Below are positions 1 to 13,677 of a stretch of DNA of 64,000 nt, one piece after another. Both the position numbers and the translations under genes were made by a program. The stretch is from the human T2T-CHM13v2.0 reference genome, Homo sapiens: the NCBI RefSeq assembly GCF_009914755.1, contig NC_060935.1; one strand, given 5' to 3'. The notes under the pieces were generated by a model. The model saw only the letters and a program-made list of their open reading frames with translations. It was not told the DNA's origin and did not search any database. Numbering within the stretch: the first letter of the stretch is position 1; each line of letters opens with the position of its first letter.

Positions 1-39
1 GAGATTCTTTGTTCACTAAGGGAAGGATTCAATAGCATA

Positions 40-480
40 AAAAGGTCAGTCTTTCCTAAGTGACCCATAGAGTCAAATAAATTCCAATCAAAATTCAAAC
101 ACAATTCTTGTGGAATAGCTGATTCTAATATTTATACGGAAGTATAAAATAACCGTAAGACTCAATATCTCTCAGGGCAATAAGCAGAGTTACTTATTAG
201 ATATCAAGATTTGCTGTAAAACCAGTATTCAGGACAGTGTGTTATTGACATGAAATTGGAAAAAAATATACACTTTAACTAATGTTCCAGAATAGAAAGT
301 CCAGGAACAGCTACATGTATATAGGTGATGTGGCATATAACAAAGATGACATTTCAGATCAGGGTTGGAAAGAGGGACTATTTTAGTATTTACTATTGGC
401 TTAATGGATTATAGATTATTTAAATGGGAAAATTATTAAATTGTGCATTTACTTTAAACAATGCACAGAAATTACTTATA
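40..480 (+). mobile_element. Ancient L1M ORF2 relic
   Basis: Degenerate attccaatcaaaatt..gattctaatatttata.gga..atatcaagatt...ggacagtgtg.tattgaca..aatagaaagtccag. Confidence 0.5.
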
Positions 481-1952
481 ATTCTAGGGAGTGGTTTAAT
501 GTGTAGTCATTATATTTTGTAGCTTACAATTTATATAGACATTATGCATTTACTGAATTTATCACAAATTATTTTAAATATATAAAATATCAAATTAAGT
601 TAAAATATCATATGTGTTAATCTGTCTCCAAATTTTGGTTAACAAACAATTTCAGTATACTAACAATTGCGTAAAATGAAATTTACATCTAATTTTTTTC
701 CATGGGGCAATTCAGACATGAGCAAATGTCATTAGTGGAGAACTTGTCAGAAGCTGATAAAACTTATCTCTTCTGAGCAGTCTCAGGAAGTCAATACGAG
801 TAGCACTTTATTTTTCACCTAATCTAAGAATATCAGACACATATTTTCTATTAAATTGTATGAGATCTTACAACAATTGCTAAACTCTTATTAAAGTGAA
901 ATTTTATAGTTAAAAAAACACTAATTTACTTTGTAATATGTTGTCAGCCATGCATTTGTGTATGCATGCGTGCTTATAGCAGATAATTATTGAGCATTTT
1001 TCAAGTTCCAGACATGGTGCTGGATGCTAGAAATAGAGCAGTGGACAATATAGTAGAAATAAATTTAGTTAGGTGAGTAACCAGGCTCAGAAAATTTGAC
1101 ATTCTGGTCCCAGCTTACAACTCATAAGCAGAAGAATCAGAAGACAAATCATATATTATAATTCTCAGAACGGTGCTCTCCTTCTGTAATATTTTACTTT
1201 CCCAGAAAGGTCTATCTCTTCCTTTGGTTCCATTGACTGGTTGGGTAATGACAGAAATTGTTTCCAAAATGTTAAAATTCAATTTATCTAATATTATTGC
1301 CTCCTTATCCTGTCCCAGGAAACAAATATGAATAAATGAGGACTTTGAGTTAGAGTTGTCTTTGAGTTACAGATGATAGTGACAAGCACTCTAACAAAGA
1401 TAAGAGATGGATGAGGAAGAAGAAAGCGAGCCAGCCGAGGTATCAGTGCCGAAACTGTAAAGAATATGAAAAATCTGGGCCAAGAATCTAGAATAATGCC
1501 TATGAATTGTAACTTAATTGGCAAGAAGGAAGGCACAAGGGCTTCTTTTAACTCTCTGGTGGTGAGCAACTTCTTCAATCCAGGGTCTTGGTTTTAGTCC
1601 TGACTTAGTCTCTAAGGAGCTTTGCAAATTTGCTCAGGTTTCACTGGTCATCTGGACATGCACTTTTAGTGGAGACCATTATCATTAACCATATTTTAAT
1701 TCTAGCATTGCGGGACAATGGCAATCAGAGACAGCTAATATACAGATATAGAGCCCATGAGAAATCTGTCCACTGCTGCTGAGAGGCAAGAAACACTCAA
1801 AACAAACATTCAAATGCAGTCAATAACTTTGATGATGATGAATTTGATAATGACCCGAGAATGATTCTGTGACTACTTGTGCAGCCTAGAAAAATAGGTA
1901 TGAGAATTTCATTCATCAACTTACTGTTTAAGGTCCTTGACACAAGTTAGTT

Positions 1953-2016
1953 ATTTGATTAGAATCAGACTGATTTGATTATAATCAGACTGATTTGATT
2001 ATAATCAGGCTGATTT
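1953..2016. repeat. 20-bp tandem repeat, about 3.2 copies (atttgattataatcagactg)
   Basis: Direct reading. Confidence 0.9.
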
Positions 2017-4689
2017 ATGTTTCAAGTATTTTGTTGAAAAAAGTAAAATAATATTCTGAAAACTAAAGTCTCACTGAGGCACAAGTATTGCTTGTAAAAA
2101 AACTAGGTCTCTAGACAAAAATAGGGCATTGGAAAAGAACCCAGAATCTTATAAAATAAGAGAACCCAAGAGAACTTAAGATCTACTCACCCAAGTTCGT
2201 TAGCTCCACATACTGAAGCTAATGGACCACTTTCACACATGTTTAATGGTCACAATAAAAAGCCTGTTTGAGCATTTATTTTACTTAGACGTCAGAAAAA
2301 TTTTATGTGATTAATTAAGCTATGTAGACTTAAATTATTTTCAACTTGCCTTTTTCTTGTGGCGATTGGTGACAGTAGGCACCAAGACATTAGGCAAATG
2401 GAAAACACAAAAATAATATTACTTGAAACTAATAACAGTGAAAACATCTGCTGAAATAGCCATACTATGAAATTCCACCAGGATGTTTCAATAACACTGG
2501 TAATATCAAAAAAGTGAAAGATGAAGCTAAGTAAGCTCCCTACAGATTTTCTTTCATGGAAAATGCATTGTCTGTGCAAATTTGCCTCAAAACTACCTAT
2601 TTAAACACATTGCTGTCTAAAATGTACACAATTTAACAAAGTGAATACAGACATTATTAGATACTGAAAAATAATATGCAAAAACATTTCCTTTCTTACC
2701 TGTGAAAATAAGGGTGTCTTTTTCATGACACCAAAGGTCAAATTCTGGCCAGTGCTGGAAGATATATACCCACATCACTGGCATCAGCATATATCTCAGG
2801 AGAATCCCCAAATGTGTAAGAAGAGGTAATTAGAAGTGAAATCACAGTGGAGAACATTCTCAAGGGAAATACTAATTGGTTGTACTATTTTATCTTGAAT
2901 CAAGATGTTAGAAAAAAGTCTATATTTTATACTTCAGTAGAGCTCAAAGCAATCACCTGTTATCCAACGAGGGTAGCACTTTATACAATACTGAAAAACA
3001 AATTTAAAATAGTCTGAGGACACTTAACTTCTCATGAAACCTGAATTCAGGTAATTGTCCTTCCCATCTCAAGAGCACTACCATATTTCCTCCATTGTTT
3101 GTCCTTTATCAAGTTCACACAAGAATATGTACTAAGTACAAACTTCAATACTATTTAATCTGAATAATAAAAATATTTTTAAAGGATTTCTTCAACAAAG
3201 GGATTTGCATTTTGATGGGATGCCTAAGATATGTAAACAAATAATACTAGGTACAAATAATTTCTGGAAAAAACATGAAATGTTTTAGAAACAGATAGAT
3301 GAAACAATACAACAGGAAGAGACTGATGAAGAAACAATGAAACAGGTAGAAGAGACTGGTGACTGCCAATGATGAAAGTGACTGACAGGGACAATAATCA
3401 TATGTTAAATAAATGAATAACTAACATATTTAACTTATTGTTTTGATCATGTTTCCCATGTTAAAAAACTTTCATGAAATTGAGTCCACACTGGAACTCA
3501 GCATACTTGCCTCAAAATGCAATTGAGGAAAATGTATATTAAAAATAATATTTGATATTCACAATAACTCCATGAAATGGGGTTTTGCATTTGAATAAAC
3601 TGATATGGAGAGGGAACTTCTCTAAGTTTACCCAGCTAACAAAATAGTAATAAAACTAGGATTCAGGCTCAGTTCTGAATAATTACAAAGCCAAATATTT
3701 TTCCACAACTGTATTCTGTTTCAACTTGAAGAGAATGTTTTATCATCAGCTTATCACATGGCATAAATCTTAGGACGGTTGGCTATGAAAAAGTGATGCA
3801 CAAGAATGTACTTTTTCAAGGATTGGATATTTCGTTGTCTCAATATATACCTGTTGTCTGATTCCCACCAAACCTCTTTTCTGTCTGAGCAACAATGAGG
3901 TCCCTTTTGTTTCCTGCACCTTAAATCATGACTCAGCCCTTCCCTTGCCTCTGTCCCAGACAGCCTAGTGTAATTCTGTTCATTTTAAAATAATTTTATT
4001 ACACAGTGGTTGATTTTTCCATTATAACCTTGCTATAAAGATCAAAACTAACATTTATAAAGGTGATAAAAATTGTCAGTTGTTTCCCAAATGCTATGGA
4101 TAATTATGATTGCATATCAAGGAAAATACATTGCTACAAAGATTTATTCCTCACAAATATTTCCCTTAACATCTTTTACTGTAGTTCAGCATTTATTGTT
4201 ATCTGTCTCTCTGCTATGAAGAATAGGATGTAGTATGTGATCTTTCCTGTCTGCTGCCAATGAAATTACTTTCTCCAATTCTTGCTCAGTTATGATTCAC
4301 GTTGCTGGGCTTTCAGTGGGCCATTTATGATAAAGAACTTGAACATGGTTTTCTTAAACTAAATGATCTATTGTTCTGCCTTGAATATATGTTAGGATGG
4401 GAGAAGCGAGTATCATGGAGAGAAATCTGTAATTGGCCATAATTACAGACAAAGGTAGAAAGTGGAAGGGATTGTTCTCACAGTTTCAAAAAAAAAATGG
4501 GCATCCTCCCTTTATAGAACACTATCTTAAGGTGGTAAAAATATAAAAACAAAAAGATGTGGTCCTTTCCTTTGAGAACTTGCTAAAATAGTGGAAGGAA
4601 CAGATTTACATGCATATAATTATAGAACCATGTTATGAATGCAATAATATAATTGTGAATCTGTGGGTGAATCATCATGTGGTACCTAA

Positions 4690-5423
4690 TGAGAAATACA
4701 AATAAAATCCTAACCCCTGAATCAATTGAACAGACTGCCTCTTGGTCAAGGAAACCTCAGAAAAACTTTAAAATCTGAGTTCCTGCCATGACAGATGGGA
4801 GATCAGACATGCCTCGTTATCTCCCCTCCCTTGCTAAACACCATTAGGCTTCCTACAATAAGGGTTAAACAGAAACCTGCCCTTGTGAGACTCGCACCAC
4901 CACTGATATCTGCAAACCACCTGACACTGGACTTCTCTTTTTGCGGTTTCAACACAGCAATTGACCAGCATTCCTTCTTGATAAGAGACCACCAATAACC
5001 TAGTGGCTCTTGCCAGTCAACAGAGGCTGTGCACAGAGGGCCTTGGTGTCTTCTGATTCACCTTTTGGTGCATAGAGTCTAATCATGACACATTTAAATG
5101 TTAAGTCCCCACTCCAAAGGGAACATGGGATGCATGTTGCTTATATTAGCCTACTATTCATGCCTGTGCCTCTTCTTTGTGAATATTCATAGTTTTTTCT
5201 ATAGCCTGTTGAATATGTATTATCATATATGTGTAATATATTTGGTCATCCCATTCAGCATAAATCCCTGTCTTACTCTTCATACTGTCGAAGTGTCTCT
5301 TTCCAACTTCTAGCTGGAGGATATGCTTCACAGCCTGTCAGAACGGTCACCCTACAGGCTACAACCCTTTATGAGAAAGTCCACCTTTCTAAATTTATGA
5401 ATCTCATCATTCCTCAGTTGACA
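4690..5423 (+). mobile_element. ERV1 MER4-group solo LTR (MER39/LTR48-like; subfamily uncertain)
   Basis: TG...CA ends, approximate 4-bp TSD ctaa/ctac. Shares the gg.gatcagacatgcctcgttat block with the MER4 LTR at 63654. Confidence 0.6.
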
Positions 5424-5483
5424 CTACACATCCTGAATGTGTTAAAGAAACCTTGCAGGAAGAGATAATTCTTCAGCTAAGTC

Positions 5484-5782
<299 letters not shown>

Positions 5783-5855
5783 TAAGGCTGAAATGGTAAG
5801 GGTAAAGGAAAGTGTAGAAGGGAACCTGGGGCTGAATCGTAGTATAGAGCCCCAT

Positions 5856-6551
5856 TGATATAAGTTACTCCATCTTAGAAAATGACTTCATCTTACATTT
5901 TTAAAGGCATCATGCCAACAAGGGCCAGATGTTTTGCCTAATCAAGAAAGACTGCATCCAACCAGATAAGGACATAACAAAGTCACTCTTCCACTATCAG
6001 TTCTTACTAGAGGACTCTGTGTCCATAAAAGAGCAGGATTTCAGCAGCTTGAAACAGCCACCTTAAAAGACACCATCTTGTTATCACTTGAGATAAGCAT
6101 CTTGCATTTGCCACTGAAGGCTTTGCCCACAACGAAAACTCTTCTTTACAAGGTTATTGATGGACCACCAGGGCCTGAGTAGGCTATTCTTTTTGTTCAT
6201 GTCACTCTCAGTGGACTGGTTCCTTAACCCATTTCCAGTCCCTTTATTCTTGATGATAAATGTTACTTTGTTTGCTGTACAATGTGTAATCTATTACATT
6301 TATAGACTGATTAAATATACTGTAATTCATGGACTGCAATACTGACTGACTTGTTGAATGACTTGAGCCTGTTTGCCCATGGCTCTGACTACTGAGTGAA
6401 CAGGAAGTTTTAAGGAGAATTGCCTCCTCGGGAACCCCATGTAGCTCATGGATTTTATGATTGAAATAGCATCAAGAAAATTCTGACATTGCAGAAAAAT
6501 ACAAACATGCATGGACCTAGTTATCTCTGACCTTGTGCCACTCATGATAAC
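5856..6551 (+). mobile_element. Probable ERV1-class solo LTR
   Basis: Starts tgata..ctccatcttag. U5-like end ...gacctagttatctctgaccttgtgccactcatgata resembles MER4-group LTR ends. Subfamily not resolved. Confidence 0.45.
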
Positions 6552-7973
6552 AGCAGAAAAGTTCATTAACTGTTCCATAAAACTCTCTTTAAGACTTTTT
6601 TCTGTCTTATTTTTGTTGAATCTCCAGTTTGTTGCATATTGTCATGTAATCAAGTTGAATGAATGAAATGCCTTAAACCAATGATTGGAATCATTATCTT
6701 CAAATAACAGCTCTGCAAACAGAGCAGAATCCAATGGGAGGACAGAGAACGTCTGAGAAAAAAATATGGAAACTATAGATCATCTATTGTGTTTGACCCT
6801 ATAAAGGTGCTTTACAGTTTAGTGACAGTTTGGGGAAAAGTAGCTACTATACAAAAAGAAGAGCAAAACTGGAGGCCATTGTCAACTTTATGAAAATCCA
6901 GTAACTGTGCAAGAAGAGAATTACAATCATAGTAGTATTCATATTATTAATAATTAATACTAGTGTTAGTGATGCTCAAAGTATTATAGTATACTTCAGG
7001 TATTATTAATGATACATTCATAGTAATTTTAACAGTAGATACTGATTAAGCCAAAAATTCAAATGTGATCCTACTGTGACAATGAAGAGAAAGAAGTGAT
7101 CATTGTAGGGTAAGAATGAAGTGATTGGTGAAAGAATGATGGCACCTTATCTTTAATAAACAGATGTCAATAAATTATGTGCATATTTGAAAAATCAGTA
7201 CAGAGGAATACAAGCATATAATTTAAAATGGGTTAATTTCCAAAGGAAATAACAAGAAAGTATTATCTATGGGGAGTTAGTGGTAAGGTAGAAGTGAGAC
7301 AGGAGTTTATATATGGCTTGTAATATTATTTGACATTTAAAACTACATACATTAATCATGAGTAGGTTCAAATGGTAATTATAATAAATAATTTTAACTG
7401 AACACACATGTGTATGTAAAAGCATTAAAAATGACTACAAGAACACAAAACAAAATCTCAAATGTGATTTCTTCAAGGTTTGTGATGTTCTCATTCTATG
7501 TTATATAATTCAGCCTGTGTGAATTTGTATAATTAATATGGCATCAATCAGAATAGGCTATTTTGTGCTAGGGAAACAAGCAAACTCCACATATCATAGT
7601 AGCTTATGAAAACGTTATTTATCAGCCGTTTTGTATTGCCATTGTGAGTCGGATGAGAACAGTGTTCCATGTCTCCTGACTGGGCAGCCACTATATTAAG
7701 TCTTGCTGGTCACCATGGAAAAAATAAAAACAACAGATCCACTCAAAAATGTTCTAACAATCAATTAAGTATTCAACTGAGAAGTGACATATGTGAATTT
7801 TAATCTCATCTTCCAGAAATAGCCACATGATCTTACCTAAACCTAAGGGCATGGAGGTACAAAGCCATTCTGTGCACGGAAGACAAAGAACTTAAAATAA
7901 CTGCTGAACAAGATGAATGACAACTTAAAACATAAAAGCTTTTGTGAACAAAATTGTACGTATTTGAATTTTA

Positions 7974-8256
<283 letters not shown>

Positions 8257-8360
8257 AAATAAAGTTTTGAAAACTGCAATGTTCTCCATTGATGCACTAT
8301 ATTTCTCAGCTAAAGAAAAAAGTCTAGGAAGGGCTTTAGAAACCAAAAGAATACTGATTT

Positions 8361-9296
8361 TTAAGAAAAGTATATCTTCATTGACAGCTCTTTGATTAAT
8401 GCTTCTTTTACATTTTTATTTCTAAGGCTATAAATTATAAGGTTCAGCATAGGGATTACTGTGGTATAAAATACAGCTACCATTTTACCCTGTTCAACAG
8501 ATTCCTTTGAGGGGGGTCTGAGATACATGAAGAAAAGGGTTGCATAGAATATAGTGACAGCTGTCAGATGGGAGCCACAGGTAGAAAAAGCTTTTTGCCT
8601 GCCCTCTGTAGAGCGAATCTTTAAAATAGCAGGGAAAATGTAAAGGTAGGAAATACATATGATGAAGAGAGAAAAAGAAAGGTTCCAGCCAGCCACAATA
8701 AACATTGACAACTCCTTGTTGTAGGTGTCAGAACAAGCCAGCTTAATCAGTGGTGGGTCCGCACAGTAGAAGTGATTAATTTCATTGGGGCCACAGAAGG
8801 CTAGGTTGTAGGTCCACATGGTCTCCATCAGGCCAGTGAGCGCTCCATACACATAAGGCACCGTGATGAGGAAGGAGCACACACTCTTGGACATTCTGCT
8901 GCCATAAAGCAGAGGGTTGCAGATGGCCATGTACCGGTCAAAGGCCATCACAGCCAGGATGTAGATCTCAACATGGACCAAGGCGATAAAAAGGTAACAC
9001 TGCACAAGACAGGCAGGATAGGAAATGCTTTTCTTCTCTGAAAGGAAAATCTCCAGCATCTTTGGAGTCACATTGGAAGAGAAGCACAGATCCACGAAGG
9101 ATAAGTGGCTCAGGAAAAAGTACATGGGCATGTGGAGCCAGGCGTTGGCCTGGATGAGGACAATCATGCCAAGGTTCCCTGCCACCGTGACCATGTAAAT
9201 GGCCAGAAACAGCGTGAAGAGGAGAATTTGTAATTCCCGGCGACTGGTCAGTCCCAGGAGAATGAACTCAGTCACCAACGTGCAGTTTCTTCTCAT
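8361..9296 (-). CDS. OR5M8: Olfactory receptor 5M8 (class II OR, 311 aa, intact ORF)
   Basis: Single-exon 311-aa ORF with OR motifs [40 protein letters not shown]. The sequence matches my recollection of human OR5M8. Confidence 0.93.
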   Translation of the reverse strand: MRRNCTLVTEFILLGLTSRRELQILLFTLFLAIYMVTVAGNLGMIVLIQANAWLHMPMYFFLSHLSFVDLCFSSNVTPKMLEIFLSEKKSISYPACLVQCYLFIALVHVEIYILAVMAFDRYMAICNPLLYGSRMSKSVCSFLITVPYVYGALTGLMETMWTYNLAFCGPNEINHFYCADPPLIKLACSDTYNKELSMFIVAGWNLSFSLFIICISYLYIFPAILKIRSTEGRQKAFSTCGSHLTAVTIFYATLFFMYLRPPSKESVEQGKMVAVFYTTVIPMLNLIIYSLRNKNVKEALIKELSMKIYFS

Positions 9297-10113
9297 AATT
9301 TCCTTCGGTGGAAGAAAGGAACTTTACATATATATTGGATTACAATACAATAGCAACATGATTATTACTATTACAGTAATGATCTTTTACCAAAAACGTC
9401 CCCTCTTTTTGGCAGTTTTCCTCATTCTATTTCTACTGAACTTTGTTTCAGGTAAACTAAATTAGGGATATTCAAAGCAGCTCTCTACCTTTTATGATAC
9501 TGCCCTTTATTTTTCTTGTTTTCTTTCCATTTTCTTTCTTTTCACTCCCTTCAAATTCAGCTTCTGTTTTTCTATTCTTCTTCTCTCGTTTCTCCTCCCC
9601 TTATTCTGCCTCTCCTTTTATTTGAGAAATGTACTTTATAGGTGGACTTGCCCCAAAACATAACATTCAGAACTAAGCAATTTCTTTTTTCCCGATTATA
9701 ATACTGGGCAGAGAATGCGCGTAAAGAGAGAAAAGGACAAGTATCAAAAAGCAATATTTGCCCGAGGATCTTGTTCTTTGTGAATAGTTTTCACCAATCC
9801 GATCCCTTCCTGGAGAAGCCTGAGCAAACAGGTTGGGCTCATTTGTTGCTTTCTTATTCCTCCAGGCTCAGTGCAATAGGGATTCTCCAGGCAGGGCATG
9901 ATTTTTTTCCCCTTATTTTGAAAAGTGTCTGCATATTTGCCTTTTGAGGGTTGCACAGCTATTAAATTCTCTAGCCAGTAACACTCTCTTTGAATTTTTT
10001 GGAGGAAATTTTCCATTATGTGGAGTTAAGACTCATGGAAATTCTCTCCTCTTGATCTTCCACTTCTAGTTTCCACTGAGAGACCAGATTCTCTGTTTAG
10101 AAAGGAGTAGTCA

Positions 10114-10314
<201 letters not shown>

Positions 10315-12214
10315 TCAGATGTTAGTCCCTGCTTGTCTTAAGTAAGTTCATGACTCAAGGTTGCAAAATATTTTTTCATCTAATTGATTACAGTGAAGTT
10401 TGAAGATCAGGCTGATGTTGCAAAGAAACACTGATTCTGTGTGGTTTGATCTGCTCAGCCTCCACACCTGCCTAGGCTGCTATCTGTTCTCTGAGCCTGG
10501 TCTTTTAACCGCACATTGATTTAGGAGCCCTAACATCCTTTCAGAATGTTCCGGTTTTGCTTAGCATAACCAGAGCTGTGTTCTGTTACTTACAACAACA
10601 ACAAAAACTGTTAACACTGATATTAATGAAATGTACCTTCTATTTTTCTATATAAAAATCATCTATATTCACAAGAACAACTTATAGAAGGTTATTTTTG
10701 AATATCTGAAACAAAGATTTTATTTGTGATTTATACAACATTGAGTAAAAGCTGTGTCTACATCTATTCAATCATAGTAGTGATGTACCCTCATTCATTT
10801 TTATATATCAAGCTCCTGTCAGATTTCACCTTTGTTTCTTTGTTTAATGTTGTTTTTGCAATAATTTATATACAGTGAAATTCACATATTTAAAGTGCCC
10901 AACTTTGTGTGTTTGACAAATGCACACATCTGGTTGACATTCTTAAGTTTTAGGACTCAACCAAACAAAAAGATGAATGCTTTGATAAAAATGCAATAGG
11001 CTTAGCATAAAATCAATTCACAGGATCTGGAGTTAGATATTTCTGAAATGCTGCTCTATTCTTTTGACATGTTCCTTATTCTGTGTTTTAGTTTTACAAC
11101 TAATTTAACCAGCACTTACATGGTGTTTCTTATAAGCCAAACGCTAATCTATTTTATAAGTTTTAACACATTCAACCCTCAAACCGATTCTATGACACTC
11201 TGCCTGTAATAGGTATGGATAATAGCATATTTCCCTCATGGTTAGTACAGAAGGAAATTCCACTACGAACCATAAAGCATACTGTACTGGTAGAAACATG
11301 TGCTTTGGAGTCAACTGGTTGAGATCACACTGTGATGTCAGAACTTCTGATCTGAGTAGTCTGGGTCATATTTCTTAATAACTCTGGGCTATAGTTTTTT
11401 TCTATTACAGATGAAATTAACAAACACAAAAGTGCTATTTTTAGGATTTCACAAAATGGAGTATGTAATATGCGTAGCACTGTGCCCAATGTGTGGTAAA
11501 CCCTTAATAAATATTAGCTTTCATTTATATTGAGTGAAAGATCCTAGAGCATGCCTCTTATATTTTTATGCCATTAACTTCCATCCTCATTAATCAAAAC
11601 TTTAACAAATAAAAGTATCTTAAATACTAACTGTCTACATTTTTCTGGTAATTGGCATTTTTCTTTCTACCTAGTCATTTAATCATCACAATCATATATC
11701 TAACTCTGAAAATACATACGATTGTATAGCAAGTAGAGTTCCAGGATTAAAAACACATGCAGAAACTTACCTATGAATAAGGGAAGAGCTGTCCTTACAA
11801 AGAATATCAATGGCTTTTCTGGTGACAAATACAGGAATAATTTATAATATTTGTATGATGACTTTATTTCCCTAAGGGATTTCACAGATATGCAAAAATG
11901 AAGCAATTACTCTGTTAGATTTTTTTTCTCACTGAATAATTTCTCTAGAGAGATGACATTTGGCACAACACAAATTTAAAATGGGAACTCACAACTCTCT
12001 GGTCCTTCTCTGCCTTATGTTTCAGTCTCAGCATTTTCCTTCTTACATTAGAAAATCCATACAATAACATTCCTGACTGCCATGGATTCTCACATTGCCT
12101 TAGGTTTACCATGTTACTTTCAACTTAATTCAACTTTTCTGATACAGTTTCTCTCCTACCAGTGTCACAAACTTTGTGTCAAAATTCTATTAGCATTTTA
12201 CATTTCTTAATCTG

Positions 12215-12610
12215 TGTTATGGACTGGATTGTGCCCCTTCCCTCACTCTCCAAAATTCTTATGCTGAAGTTCCAGCTCCAAGCCCCACAGAGCGTGACTG
12301 TTGGAGACACGATATCGAAAGAGAACATTTAAGTAAGATAAGGTCTAGTGGGTGAGCTGTGCCCTAATCCAATATGACTTGCATCCTTATAAGAAGAGAT
12401 TAGAATACAGATACACACAGAAAAAGAAAGTGTAAAGAGGTCGGGATAAGATGATCATCCACAAGATAGAAAAAGAACTCAGAATGAAACCAGTTTTGCC
12501 CACACCTTGATCTTGGACTTCTAGCCTCTAGAACTGTGAGGAAATAAATCTGCATGTTTAAGTCACCAAGTTCATGGTACTTATTTGTGGCAGCCCTAGC
12601 AAACTAATAC
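12215..12610 (+). mobile_element. MaLR LTR (MLT1A-like), copy A
   Basis: tgttatggactggattgtg...gccctaatccaatatgact...ttctagcctctagaactgtgag...gcagccctagcaaactaatac. Confidence 0.75.
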
Positions 12611-12694
12611 CCTCTGTGTACTGATGGGTAAATAGAATGCTTTGATATTGGAATGAAGCTTTACTTGCTTGAAGTCTAGTACTATTTTTATTCG

Positions 12695-13570
12695 TTTTTA
12701 GTAACCTTTATATTGAAGTCTAATTTACACACAGAAAGTGTGCACAAAATGTAGGCGTACAGCTTCATGAATTTTTACAAAGTGAACATACTTGTATTAC
12801 TTGCCTCTAAATCCTCAAGTAGAACATTAACAGTACTGCACTATCTCTCTGCTTGCCCTTTCCTAGTCACTAACCTCAAATTAACTACATCTTCACTTTT
12901 AACACTGTACATTAATTGTGTCTGCTTTTGAGTTTTCCATAATAGAAATTATACAGTGCATATTCTGTTAGGTCTAGCCTTCCAATGAACACTACATTGG
13001 TGCTAAATATTATGTTGGTGATTTTTATTCAAAATGAGGAGTGTCATGAATATGTAAATAATTCCTTCATCTCCACGGCTGTATAGTAAGTACACCAAAA
13101 TTAATAAATCCTTCCTACTATTGATACACATATAGGATACTTCCAGGTGTGGCTGTTACAAAATTCAATCTTGTGCATATCTCTTCACGAACATATTCAT
13201 GTATTTCTGCCTGTTAGTACTTTGGGCAGTAGTGTTGGTTTATGGAGTATAAATATGTGCAGCTTAAATTTATGCTGCCTAGTAGTTTTCCATACTGTTT
13301 ATATCCATTTGCATTCCCACTAGCATTATATGAGAGGGTCAGTTGTTCCACAGTCTCTCCAATGCTTAACAATATCAGTTTTTCTGTCATTCTGCAACAT
13401 ACAGACACAGATATATAGGTACAGATATATAAAGATACAGATATCTTGTAATGTACACTTCCCTAATTATTATTCAGGTTGAGCACAAAGTCATAAGTTA
13501 CTTGGTTCTTTAAATATGTTTTTATATAGCACCAGTTCATATTTTGCCATTTTTTTCTACTATCTGTTTG
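12695..13570 (-). mobile_element. Ancient L1M (L1MD/ME-like) 3' fragment; paralogue at about 23550-24700
   Basis: tttatattgaagtctaatttacacacagaaagtg..gaatttttacaaagtgaaca is typical of an old L1 3' end in reverse. Confidence 0.55.
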
Positions 13571-13677
13571 TTTGTTTTTTAACCGGGTGATATTTTAACA
13601 CCACCAATAGCCTTACTAACTTTGAAAGGTTGTTTTTTCTTTACTCTGGGTTGTGGTTTCTTTTCTGATTTGTGAAG

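Noticed and set aside
1294-1578. 94-aa hydrophobic ORF on the minus strand, considered as another OR relic
   Set aside because: Non-ATG start and no recognisable OR motif.
1953-2016. Short direct repeats resembling a CRISPR array
   Set aside because: Head-to-tail units with no unique spacers, eukaryotic context and no cas genes.
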